Assembly: GCA_964016885.1 (NCBI GenBank)
Contig: OZ024744.1
Span: 58,714,001-58,778,000 of the forward strand
Length of the DNA: 64,000 nucleotides
Direction of reading: 5' to 3'
DNA from: Eledone cirrhosa
Taxonomy: Eukaryota
In this document: piece by piece, positions 40,961 to 54,629 of the stretch
How the letters are laid out: every line of letters starts with the position of its first letter
Numbering within the stretch: the stretch's first letter is position 1
Position numbers and translations under genes: made by a program
The notes under the pieces: model-generated
Databases searched by the model: none
Told to the model about the DNA's origin: nothing
Seen by the model: only the letters and a program-made list of their open reading frames with translations

Positions 40961-41544
40961 ATATAGCACAGATCTGTCTAACAGCTTTGATGCGTATTAG
41001 CAACATCTAGGGTCTTTCTTGCAATTTGTTCTCAATTTTCTTGTAATAATACTCATTGGATGTCTTCTACTATATAGATCCCTTTTCAAGTGTTTATATT
41101 TAACATATTATGTAATATACATGTGAACATGGATGAAACTATAAATATCAAGTGTCATTGGTGTGTTTTCTATGAGCCTCATACCTTTACAAATGTTTAT
41201 ATGTAAGATATAATATGTACGTGAAACATTAAAGTGTTAGCTGTAGATCTCAGATATTTTCAAATCTCTCTACATAAGATATGATATATTATACATGAGG
41301 GACATGGACAAAACTAAACAAATCAAAAGGGGGTCATTATAAGCAGAAGTTGCTGACCCCTGATCTACTGAAAACTGAATGAAGTTTCTATATTTTCACT
41401 ACTGAAATAGTATTCCAAGCGCCCTTTCTTTATAAATCTTTGAGAAGCACAACACAGAGTTGCCCTCTTAGACGAGGAACAATTTGTTTGAGTCTATTTG
41501 CCATTCCTTTGTGTCTTTTCCTTGCATTACAAATGCATCAGCGA

Positions 41545-41810
41545 AGACGCGTTGTTTAGCAGTTAGCGTGCTGGGCTCACGATCGTAATGCCATAAGTTC
41601 GATTCTCATGTAAGTATGTGGGGCGGGGGTGATAAAGGGAGATAGAGAGGAAATTGATCATAGTACTCGACTGGTACTTTATTTATCAATCCGGAAAGGA
41701 TAAAAGGTAAATTAGACATCGACGAGATTTGAACTCAGAGCTCAGTGAGCCGGGACAAATACTAAAGCATTTTTTTTTATCTGACGCCATAATGACGTCT
41801 GCCAACATAC
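41545..41810. mobile_element. SINE fragments (family B head on plus at 41545-41610; family A on minus at 41640-41810)
   Basis: TAGCAGTTAGCGTGCTGGGCTCACGATCG...GTTCGATTC; CTGGTACTTTATTTATC...GATTTGAACTCAG. Confidence 0.55.
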
Positions 41811-41849
41811 TGTATAAAAATAACAGTAGAAAGTAGATTTTAAAATGCA

Positions 41850-42556
41850 CTAGCAGAATGGCCCGGCGTTGCTCGGGATTCTAAACATAGATTGGCATGT
41901 TTATCCCTCCTTTCTGAAACAGTACAGAGAAGTACGGAATACCTCTGCCTCGAGATGGTGTCTACATTTTGTGCTTATAAAAAAATTCATCGTAGATTAC
42001 CACCGGTTTTTTCCGCGCGAAGAAAATCAATACCTTATCGCGAAATAAATACGTTTGTTTATATTTTGTTATTGTGTATGCAAAAATATTTGTACGCGAA
42101 TATATAATTATATATATATTAAAATAACAGATTAAAGTTTAAGCAAAGAATCGCTGCTTTCACCCTTAACGGGATCTTCTGAAACTAAAGAAATCATCTG
42201 TGAACGCAGAAGTAAATATTTCGAAAAACGTTACACACTATATATACATATATACATACACAGATAGCAAAGTCAATGTTTTATAATGTCGTAATGCAGA
42301 CAGCCAGACAAACAGACAGATATTATAAGGGCGCGACGTTATAGCTATGTATCTATCTAAAAAGACAGACTAAGAAAGAGAGAGAGATCGCTAACCGGCG
42401 CTTAATGCAGTCCCTAGGGCATTGAAAGTTTGAAATATTTTTTGCTCAAAACACTCACACTTACATGTGTAAAGTTTGAAAACAATCGGTTGGGAGCTTC
42501 TCGAGTTTTAGAGAGACAGACAGACAGACAGACATTCTCTGTTTTAGATATATAGA
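41850..42556 (-). mobile_element. Non-autonomous Helitron, complete ends
   Basis: Minus strand A|TCTATATATCTAAAACAGAG ... CCCGAGCAACGCCGGGCCATTCTGCTAG|T. Confidence 0.85.
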
Positions 42557-42557
42557 T

Positions 42558-42856
42558 AACTATAGAAGTTGCCGTACTATAGAAGTTGCCGGACCATAAA
42601 ATTTGCTGCACTATGGAGGTTGCTGGATCATGAAACGTGCTGTTCTATGGAAGTTGTCTCACTGTAAGTGGTGCCGGTAAAAGGGAGTTGCCGATTCATA
42701 GTGAACCGGACCATGGAGAGCCGTATCATGGCGACCAGACCATGGAGCGCCACACCATGCTGGATCATGGAAGTTGTCGGACCATTGAGAGCCGAACCAT
42801 GGAGAACAGAACTATCGGAGTTGCCAGACCATGAAAATTGCCGAATCATGGGAGCC
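42558..42856. repeat. Diverged minisatellite, 15-17 bp unit (consensus near ACCATGGAAGTTGCCGG)
   Basis: Recurrent ACTATAGAAGTTGCCG / ACCATGGAGAGCCG / ATCATGGAAGTTGTCGG. Confidence 0.65.
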
Positions 42857-43122
42857 TGTACAAACTTTTGCTTCACTTCAAATTTTACAAATCAATCCTT
42901 GACTTTCATAGAACTGAAGGGTTTCTTTCAATTGAACTACTACTATACGAAGCTTCTTTTGATTCAACTTTCTATGTTAAGTCAATATTCTTTTGTTAAA
43001 CTGTGCTTTTACTTTTACTACATTGCATTTTCTTTTCATTTTTTTTTTTTTTATTTCTGGTTCGTTTCACTTATTTTGACTGCTTTTCATATTGCTGTGC
43101 TGGAAAGAAAAATATATATCTG

Positions 43123-43169
<47 letters not shown>

Positions 43170-43175
<6 letters not shown>

Positions 43176-43920
43176 TAATAATTCGGTAGATGGAACAGCT
43201 AGCGGGGACTGGATTCCATGCACTGAAAAGCTCGCTGCCACTGGTCAAATGGCATATTCTAAAGAATCAATCACGTGACACTGAGGCTAGTCGGCTAGTC
43301 GGTAGGAGTGGGATGGTAAGATGACAGAAGCCTACTAACACACCAATAAATTAGTAGTGGTTTTGGCAGGTTTGCTCGACAAATAAGTAATTTGGAGATA
43401 AATATAGAGAAGTTAATTTTTTAAAATTTTCTTATTTTACGTCTTTTATATTATTGTTCTGCATCCTCCTGCATTGAACCACCTAGGTACTATGACATAA
43501 CCTGTGTATTTGCTAGCATTAGCGTACATCTGTACGCATATGTTAGTAGATATACTAAATTCTCTATACTTATCTCCAAATTACTTATTTGTCGAGCAAA
43601 CCTGCCAAAACCATTACTAATTTATTGGTGTGTTAGTAGGCTTCTGTCATCTTACCATCCCACTCCTACCGACTAGCCTCAGTGTCACGTGATTGATTCT
43701 TTAGAATCTGCCATTTGACCAGTGGCAGCGAGCTTTTCAGTGCATGAGTCCCCAGTGTCCGCGCATTGCCTGGAGACTTGGCTGAGAATAGACTCCCTGA
43801 TGACGCAATGAATTCTCGACAGTTTATTACGTAACTGTCTTTATCCCATTGCAGAAACTAATTAGTTGGAGTGAAAATTTTAGTAAGTAAGTTAATTTTT
43901 TAAAATTTTCTTATTTTACG

Positions 43921-43930
<10 letters not shown>
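43170..43930 (+). mobile_element. Non-coding PLE/retrozyme-like element with 5' inversion and 43-bp direct repeats
   Basis: 43217-43410 is the reverse complement of 43560-43746; AAGTTAATTTTTTAAAATTTTCTTATTTTACGTCTTTTATAT at 43409 and 43889; (TA)n on both sides; contains a hammerhead. Confidence 0.7.
43792..43872 (+). ncRNA. Type I hammerhead with extended stem II and palindromic helix III
   Basis: ACUCC-CUGAUGA-C GCAAUG...GACAGUU..AACUGUC...CAUUGC A-GAA-ACUAAUUAGU-U-GGAGU. Confidence 0.75.
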
Positions 43931-44013
<83 letters not shown>

Positions 44014-44125
44014 TAAAAGGAATTCCAACTTTGTCTGATTTACTCGTTTTATTTACAATCCTTTAAAATTTATAATGGTATTATAATGAAATAGTATGGT
44101 AGAATATTAAATGTTAGGTGTTAAT

Positions 44126-44164
44126 TGAACAAGTACTTTCATGCTTTCGCAATCTTCAGGTTCA
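44126..44164 (-). ncRNA. Minimal type I hammerhead
   Basis: Minus strand UGAAC-CUGAAGA-U UGC GAAA GCA U-GAA-AGUACU-U-GUUCA; palindromic AAGUACUU helix III. Confidence 0.75.
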
Positions 44165-44247
44165 TATTCTGTGGTGATAGTCAAGTTTGCAATTTTCAAC
44201 TGTGATATATTTATTTATATATATATATATAGGAGAAAGTATGACCC

Positions 44248-44306
44248 CTGGACTAAAGTAAGAGTTTTTTTAGTCTCAGACTAAAAATACTCTTACTTTA
44301 GTCCAG
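44248..44306. repeat. 59-bp near-perfect hairpin
   Basis: CTGGACTAAAGTAAGAGTTTTTTTAGTCT-C-AGACTAAAAATACTCTTACTTTAGTCCAG. Confidence 0.8.
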
Positions 44307-44325
44307 AAATAGCCGTCGAAACGGC

Positions 44326-44455
<130 letters not shown>

Positions 44456-44720
44456 GTAAAAGTTCTATTTAAATTGTTGGGATACTACAAGCAAATATTT
44501 TTATAACTGATATAAAGCACTCAACAAATGTTTGGAGTAAAAATACGATATTAACAAATGGAAACTATATTTATAAAACCATATTTATTTCATTATACAT
44601 ATTTCAAGGAGACCAAGTTAAATTATGGTGTGCTTTCATCAGATAAAATATAATATAGATCAGTTTTATAAATAAATATTGACATACCCTTAAAGAATGC
44701 AACCATTGCATATCTGAGTA

Positions 44721-44751
<31 letters not shown>

Positions 44752-44755
44752 CTGC

Positions 44756-44799
<44 letters not shown>

Positions 44800-44961
44800 C
44801 GAGGGAAATGTGGTAAGGAACCAGGTGGACCATAACGCACCAAAGTACTCAATACTTAGGGTAGTAGAGTGGGTAATAGGAACGATTAGGACCCCGACGG
44901 CTGAGCTCAAGCCGTTTCGACGGCTAATTCTGGACCTTATACACATATACATATACATATA

Positions 44962-46428
<1,467 letters not shown>

Positions 46429-46666
46429 TATATAATATAATATATATATACATATATATATTATATTATATTATATTATTTTATTTTATATCATTATATA
46501 TATTATATTATATTATTTTATTTTATATCATTATATATTATATATTATATATTATACACCATACATATTGAAGCTATTGAAAATATAACACAATTTTCTT
46601 TGCAGAGATTGAACAATGTTTAAATATAATACGTTTTCAACAAAATTGCATTGAGTGATCATTTAA

Positions 46667-46844
<178 letters not shown>

Positions 46845-46973
46845 TCTTAGTGCGGACAATACCGGTATAGCGAAACAATATCCTGGTGAGTTTGTACATG
46901 TGTGATCTAGGTATGAGGTTGGCTTCTCATTTTAATTTATACTTTTAATTTTAATGTTATTTTCCTATGCCTC

Positions 46974-46997
46974 TTTAACAGAATACTGGGTTGATGT

Positions 46998-47028
<31 letters not shown>

Positions 47029-47651
47029 GTAGAATAATCGAGTATCGAAAAATCGGCGCACGAGTTCACGATAAACAAAATTCGAGATGATCGGCAGAGG
47101 GCTCTATAATTCAAATAAATTAGAGCTATAACTATCGTTAAAATACCGTCACACGTAGAATATGTCTACAATCAACCAAATAACCGAAAAGTTCGATATG
47201 GAAGATTCGGGCCACTCAGATAAATTATCAATAAATCAATAAATGAAATGAATGTAAAATGCATACCCGGACCCACTAGAGAGATGGAATATCTAGCTTC
47301 TTGGGTTTCTGTAAATCCTTAAACCGTCATCTATCAGCTCATATAAAAATATAAGCCTTACAGATAATCGGGGGACTGGAGTTACTTCATCAACGAGCTT
47401 CGTCCGAATGGATAAAAAGATAAGACCCAGGCTAAAAATACGCACATGGATTTCAGCAAGGGAGATAACCTTTATATCCGCAAAAATATTCGGAAAAATG
47501 TGACAAAAACACATATCGAATAAGAGTGCTCAATAGACATGTTAAAATAAACAGGGGCTATTCATCATTTAATAGAATCGACAAAAAATGAACAATAAAA
47601 TTAACTGGTCTAGAGCTAAATATAGTAGAATAATCGAGTATCGAAAAATCG

Positions 47652-47710
<59 letters not shown>

Positions 47711-50700
47711 AGGAGCATTTCGTACTTAAATACTCCTGCGTTGAAAGTCACCAGTTTTAACAGGTTGGTTTTAAGAGTAGATGCATCACCACGAAGAATT
47801 GAGGTTAGGTTGTAAGTCTCTGGTTCTGTTGCTGCTGTGATAATACCTCTGGAAGGAATCCTTCCATATTACATTTAAAGGCATTGCTGTGGTAACAGTT
47901 TGGTAGTAAGATGTTAGGAATATCGACAACGACTTTGGCTTGTTTTACATTATTTATTAATAAGGTTGAGCTGAGTGGGGTTGAATAGCTGGCATGCCAA
48001 GAGAGATAAAACAAACGAATTAAGAGTTCAGGAGGCACGGTCTACTGGCTGAAGTGTTGCCAGGCCGTGGTTAAGTTGTTGTGTTACATGTTGGCTAGTG
48101 ATTACACGACGAAAGAAAGTTAGGTGTTTACCTTTTCGATGTCAGCGTGTAAGAGAGCGATTTCTCAAATTCACGCGGGAATTTTTCTCTCAGAGCGCGT
48201 AGGGATACATTCTCTTCTACTGGCGCTGATTGGCTGAGCTGAGCCAAATCACGCACAGAGAATGTATGTGAGCCCGCGAAATGTAGGTCACTACAATACT
48301 TCCCCCTATTCGTAAGACGATACAGATTATTGAATCAACAGGGAAAAATGCTGAAAGAGCACATCAGTGAAAAAAATAATTTAACAGAAGAATGCATGCA
48401 AGAAGAAAAATGAGGCGCTAAGGGCCATGTTGAGCTGCTCTGTCGAATGACTAACTGTTTTGTAGTTTATACGTGACTACCAAGGGTCTAACAGAAAACG
48501 GATAAAGTCTGACATGGGCGAAGTTGCTGTTCTTGCATTAAATGTTAATGGTAAGTGTTGTACCAGTAGCTGTGGGTGAAGCTGTTATGGTATTTTACCA
48601 GTACCTGTACCGCTGTTATGGTAAATGTAGCAAAGCTGGCAAGAAGATGATGGGTAGGCGAGAAAATGTCGGCCTCCCAGATGTATTGCCGAAAGTGCTA
48701 GGCAGCCAGGAAAAAATGGCTGATTGCTTTGAAAAGAAAAAAACAAGTTGAATCTGTAGGTGGGTAGTAGTTGAAATGTAAATTCCATAATTCTGGCGAA
48801 TCCATAGAAATGGTGGAAATGCTGACAGGTCCAGTTCCATTTGTTGTTTTCCCAGTGAGTCGGGTAAAGTAACAAGATGGAGGTTGCCATGCTATAGGAC
48901 GATGAGTGTGCAACGAGATGCGAACTGTTTGAATCCAGCTGCAATTAGCATTCTCGTGTTGCGGTGCCTGTTTGAGTTCAGGTGAACCAAGCTGCAAAGT
49001 GTCGACAGCATGTTTGGTGTCTCCACAAAGTGAGAAGGGATCTCGCAGAATTTTACGACGTTTGAATATCATACACCAAGGACAACATGTTGGCGTGTGT
49101 CAAAGAAATGTGTGTGCATATGCAGGCATGTAATACAGCAAAGACAATGTGTGCGTGCAGTCATATATATACAATGATAAAGAAAATGAATTTTCAAATA
49201 ATACAGTTTTAAAAGAATAAATGTCCGAACATTGACAGTAAAAAGAGAAAGAAAGAAAGAATAGTTTTTTTAACACAAAGTTCGCTCTCTCTTTTCTTTG
49301 AAATTTCTGTGGGATCGCTCTTACTAGGAAGCTAGTAGAGTTGCTGTTGCTATCAAAACAAAGTCACAGTAATCTTCTGTAGAATCGAAGTCGAATTCAC
49401 CATGCGTTGTATATGGTTAGTGGTTAACCAATGTTGTCATTGTAGCCGAAGTTGTCATTGTTTCAAGGGAAACAACTTATTCACAACTAGAAGATCCCAG
49501 AATGTGTTGCGCAAAGTGTCAGAAGTAACAGCCAAAATTGATGGTCAGTGTTGCGGTTGAAGCTGCGACCATTGAAACGAGCATGCAGGATAAATGCACA
49601 GTAACTAACGCCAATTTTCGACATTGTAGTGTCACAAATTTTTTACCGGCAAATATAAAAAATAGCTTGGGCTGATGAAGTCCTTGAAAAGAAATAGCAA
49701 AGCGCATGTATCCCTTTAAGTCGAGATTTGTGCACTACAAAGGTAATTGAATATGGTACAAGGTAATTGAATTTGAAAAAAATTCTTTTGCGCGGGAAAA
49801 TTACGAGAAAGGCAAGATGGCTGCCGAAAATGAAAGAAGAAGGCAGCTGTTGGCCATCTTGATTCTCACTGTGAATTTGATTGATGAAGAAGGAAAAAAA
49901 CTTGGTTGAACGAGTAAGCGAGAAAAAGTGAGACACATTTAGGTGATACAACACGTGAGGTGTAGAAAAATGTTATTGTTCGTTGGAGAAACTATTTTTT
50001 TGTTTGTCGGAGAAAATGTGTGCCCTAGAATGCCAGAGAAATTTTTGTGTCCGAATTCCACGTTAGGTGGGAGAAAGTGTGTCCCAACGAAAAGATGTCT
50101 GCATGTTCCTTCTTTTGCTCTTTCGGGTTGCAAATTGTTGATAGTTGCGGAGGACTTGTTGGTAGCCATTTTGAAATTTCCTCGTGTTCGTTGTTTTAAA
50201 ATTTTTTTTTTTTTTTGTGAAATACTGATAATTAAATTTTTTTTTATATATATATATACACAAAACACCAGTTCCTATCATTTTTTTCTCAGGGTCACCA
50301 TTTTTAACAGAATACTGGGTTGATGTATACATATATATATTGTAGGAGCTTTTCATGCTTAAATACTCCTGCGTCGAAAGTCACCAGTTTTAACAGGATG
50401 GTTTTAAGAGTAGAAGCATCACCACGAAGAATTGGGGTTAGGTTGTAAGTTCTGTTGCTGCTGTGATAATACCTCTGGAAGGAGTCCTTCCATATCACAT
50501 TTAAAGGCATTGCTGTGGTAACAGTTTGGTAGTAAGATGTTAGGAATATCGACAACGACTTTGGCTTGTTTTACATTATTTATTAATAAGGTTGTGCTGA
50601 GTGGAGCTGAATAGCTGGCATGCCAAGAGAGATAAAACAAACGAATTAAGAGCTCAGGAGGCACGGTTTACTGGCTGAAGCGTTGCCAGGCCGTGGTTAA

Positions 50701-50918
50701 GTTGTTGTGTTACATGTTGGCTAGTGATTTCACGACGAAAGAAAGTTAGGTGTTTACCTTTTCGAAGTCAGCGTGCAAGAGAGCGATTTCTCAAATTCAC
50801 GCGGGAATTTTTCCCTCAGGGCGCGTAGGGATACATTCTCTTCTGGCGCTGATTGGCTGAGCTGGGCCAAATCACGCACAGAGAATGTATGTGAGCCCAC
50901 GGAATGTAGGTCTCTACA
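46974..50918 (-). mobile_element. Non-autonomous LTR retrotransposon (Gypsy-like TSD length)
   Basis: LTRs at 50303-50918 and 46974-48295 (the latter with an insertion), roughly 4-5% diverged by eye. TSD CCTC at 46970-46973 and 50919-50922. PBS TGGTGACCCTGA (tRNA-Trp-like) at 50289-50300 and PPT TAGGGGGAAGTAT at 48296-48308, both on minus. No gag/pol ORF. Confidence 0.85.
47024..47656. mobile_element. Unclassified insertion with 36-bp terminal direct repeats, inside the (TA)n of the left LTR
   Basis: TATAGTAGAATAATCGAGTATCGAAAAATCGGCGCA at both ends; absent from the other LTR. Confidence 0.7.
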
Positions 50919-51009
50919 CCTCTATAAGCTTATATTCTCTTCGCGCTGGTGGTTTGAAATTCTTGTAAAGAAAAACACACTGTTCTGTGTCTTTCTCTTC
51001 TATATATTG

Positions 51010-51040
<31 letters not shown>

Positions 51041-51068
51041 CTCACACACATGTATGTATATATATACT

Positions 51069-51170
<102 letters not shown>

Positions 51171-51450
51171 TTCATCATTGAACCACATCGTGAATGGTTG
51201 CCAAAAATATATATATCTATGACTTTGTCTAGTTTGTGTACATGTAAATCTTTATATTTGATAATCTCCCATAAGGTTGAGATGCAATGTAGGCAATATT
51301 AGGCTGCGCTTTCTAGCAACCAGCCCACTCGCCGTAAGGCACCAATCACATTCTTTCTGACTTGACCACTGCCACGTCACAGTCCTTAGCCATTTTGAAT
51401 TCGTTTCTGGCGGGGATCATTTAAGAAAAATCTTCGTCCAAGTGAGTTTA

Positions 51451-51530
51451 TTTCCTGATGATTTCGAAGCTCGAGAATTTATCCTTAATGGGATATTTCC
51501 AAAAGCAAATGAAACCCTAAGGGGTAGAAA
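51451..51530 (+). ncRNA. Type I hammerhead with extended stem II
   Basis: UUUC-CUGAUGA-UUU...(~45 nt, inner UAUCC/GGAUA hairpin)...AAAU-GAA-ACCC UAAG GGGU-A-GAAA. Confidence 0.7.
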
Positions 51531-51943
51531 CGTTATCATGGTATGGTTATATACATTTTTTCTTCTAACTTTAATTTTATACCTATTTGTGTATGGTTGA
51601 CGATATATTTAGTCGATTTCCGCGTGCTATTGAAATGCTGGGTGGATATTCTGTGGCTGTTGGTCGCGATTGGATGGCTGTCGTTTGTTTGTCTATTGTT
51701 TCTTCATGGGTGCCTTTTAATCTTATAGCCTGGTTTAATTGGTTTTTTGTGTGGTTGATTGTGCTGATTAGAGGAGATGGTTGATATATCTTATCAAATG
51801 ATTCTATGAACATAATTTATAGTATATATATATGTTTATCCCGGGTTCAATCAGGTGGGGGGGGGTAACCATAGTAAGTAAGGTACTCAATACAAAGCAG
51901 AGTATAAATATAAATATTTTATATTGAAATGGCTTCTACAGTG

Positions 51944-51990
51944 CTTCCTGATGATTTCTCCTGAATGAAACACTTCTAGTCCTGTAGAAG
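51944..51990 (+). ncRNA. Type I hammerhead, same family as 3078-3128
   Basis: CUUC-CUGAUGA-U UUC UCCU GAA U-GAA-ACAC UUCUAGUC CUGU-A-GAAG. Confidence 0.7.
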
Positions 51991-52033
51991 ACGTTTCTAT
52001 ATTATATATATATATATATTATATATATATATA

Positions 52034-52102
<69 letters not shown>

Positions 52103-52106
<4 letters not shown>

Positions 52107-53995
52107 CTTTATTAGCCACAAAGGCACACAAGAAAAGGGGACAATACAAAGACATGCCGGGATTTTACATACAGTCGTGTAAAAAATATAAAAACAAACA
52201 ATTACAACAATCGAAATCCCCAATAGGGGGGAGGCGCCACAAATGGGTTGTTTAATACCCCGTCGATAGAACAACCCTCAACTCCAGGAGCGTGTTGTGC
52301 AAGTGCTCCTTTCTTCCTTTTACTCTCTTCCTCAACCTACAGGCTTATAAACAGAGAAGGCTCAATCACTCGGGCCATTTTCGCTTCATTCACCCACCTT
52401 TCAGTAAATTTACTGGGGTGCAGTGCCTCTCTCTCCACCCTGATTCGCCTTCTAAAGAGATACTTAAAGAAGGGAATCAATTGTTGTCCGGAGAGAAAGG
52501 CATCTGTCCTCAGTCCTCTCAACCTCGTCCACCATATAACTTCTTTCACCATAGCCACCGTACAGAGGAAAACCGCCTCTCTTTCGTTTTTTAAAGAGGC
52601 TGGCGGTTTAATCCTTACTATGGACTCGGCAGTCAACTGGATTTGTCCCATACGCGACAGCAGTTGTTCTGCATAGTTCCACAGGTCGGTTACGCCCAGG
52701 CAGTGTACAATTGCGTGCAGGACTGTTTCAATGTCCTGCGCGCATCTTGGACACGTCCTCTTGGAAGGATACCTGCCGGGGCGTCCGTGCCTGTAGATCT
52801 TGTCACGAACCGGTAGAGCTCCTCGGTAGCACTGCCAGGCCAGGGACCTCTGGAAGTTGTCCATAGGTCCCGGGCGGAAAGTCCTACCAAACAGACTGGT
52901 GAGCTCATCGTCTTCGACGCCCAGAGTCTCTCCGAGCATGTCGTCGCCCTTGTAACGTACTATCCCTCTATAGAATTTCGAAGTGGAGTCTCCACTGATT
53001 GCTGCGCCGGCTTGCCAGAGGACTGTGATCGCCTGAGCGCATTCGATGTGCCAGGCGCCCATCGTTTTCGGTCTTTTCTTCACCCAGGACTGCAGCTTCG
53101 TCAGCGAGACGATCTGTGTGAAAGCCTGTCTCACAAACGGTGCCCACACCGGTTGGGGGTCGGTGAGGAATACCTGGAGATGCCGCAGCCTCAGCGCATG
53201 TTTTCGCATCATCAGCCACGGCATTCCCAGCCCTCCGTTGGAAGGGTGCTGACAGCAGACGGATCTCCTCACCAGCGGAACCTGCTTCTTCCACAGAAAC
53301 TAGAAGAGCATGCGTTCCATCTTGGCGAGGTGTTCACGGGGACAAGGCACGACAGTCAAGCGGTAGTAGATGACGGACGCTATGAAAGTGTTCGCCACCT
53401 CCGCTCGACCTTTCAAGGACAGTTTGCACTCTGCCCACTTCTGGGTGAGTGCAAACACCTTGGCCGTGACCTCGTTCCAGTTTTTCTCCACCTGGAGGTC
53501 TGGACGGAACCAGACCCTGAGCAATTTCACCGGTCCGTCCGTCCAGCGTCCAACGACGCTGTCGGACGTCATCGGTTTGCCTCTCCACGTACCTAGTTGC
53601 AAACCGACAGACTTGTCCGGGTTTAATTTTGCTCCCGTCAGCGTTTCGTATTCTTTCAGTAAGTTGCCGATCACCCCGATTTCCGAGGTGCTCGACACCA
53701 TTACCGTCACGTCGTCGGCATAAGCCGACGCCGCTTTGCGAAGTCCCGGTTCTAGAGGGATGCCCTGCAACAGCTCCAATTTCCGCAGTAGAGGCTCTAG
53801 AGTCAATACATACAGAATGGAGGAGAGAGGGCACCCCCGTCGAACGGAACGCGTGATTGCGAACGGCTCCGATAGGTAGCCGTTCACCTTGACCCTCGAG
53901 CAGATGCTGGTGTGCATCGCCTCGATCCATCCTCTGAACACGGGACCGAAACCGGCCGCCTTGAGAACCGCTTCCAAGTATCGATGGTCGACTCT
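52103..53995 (-). mobile_element. 5'-truncated Tx1/L1-like LINE (RT plus C-terminal CCHC-type zinc motif), one in-frame stop at 53300
   Basis: RSVRRGCPLSSILY, AYADDVT and CPRCAQDIETVLHAIVHC; ORFs 53300-53977 and 52337-53272 share a frame; AATAAA just before (TC)n. Confidence 0.85.
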
Positions 53996-54225
53996 AGATA
54001 GATAGATAGATAGATAGAAACATATAAGAAGAACAAAGTGGAGGTGTTACATAGGAGATTTATTGCTTAATCTTACTTACAAAGCAGCCGGCTCGTGATC
54101 TGGTTGGTATCCCAGACCAGACTCCAAGTCTGCCTGATCCTCAGATCAGTGTTAACACAACAAAAATCACATCAAGTGTGATATATATGAATATATATGA
54201 ATATATATGTATATATCTATATCTA

Positions 54226-54286
<61 letters not shown>

Positions 54287-54504
54287 TTTCTGAATTTGTT
54301 TAGCAAGATTCTTTATCTGAAATCGTGTGTTGAAACTGATATTGTTATACTTTGGGAGGGTCATGTTGCCAATAAGAAACACACGCACCAGTTGCTTTCA
54401 CTTCAATTTATTATATATTTATAAATTTATAAATTTACAAATTTACAAACCTATAAATTTCTGGTTGGTTGGTTGGTTCCACAACCAGATAGTTGTTTAT
54501 ATAT

Positions 54505-54549
54505 AGTCATAGTCCTTTCGTCACACACTCTGTGACCTCTTCAGTGACT
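54505..54549 (-). ncRNA. Minimal hammerhead in the inverted pLTR
   Basis: Reverse complement of 58058-58102. Confidence 0.7.
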
Positions 54550-54629
54550 GGGGATTCCTTTCTTTATCAGAAGAGTTCAACAACGAAAATACCAACATTT
54601 ATGGAAATACGGAAATAGATAATAATGAA

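Noticed and set aside
48542-49072. gag/pol remnants inside the LTR element
   Set aside because: Short ORFs with no motif I could identify with confidence.
47708-50918. LTR boundaries at TGTAG...CTACA (47708-48295, 50341-50918)
   Set aside because: Homology continues ~38 bp further left in both LTRs, and only the outer boundary gives a TSD and correct PBS spacing.
54075-54150. Additional hammerhead on minus (CUGAGGA followed by hairpins)
   Set aside because: No GAAA box or helix I partner; at best a decayed motif.
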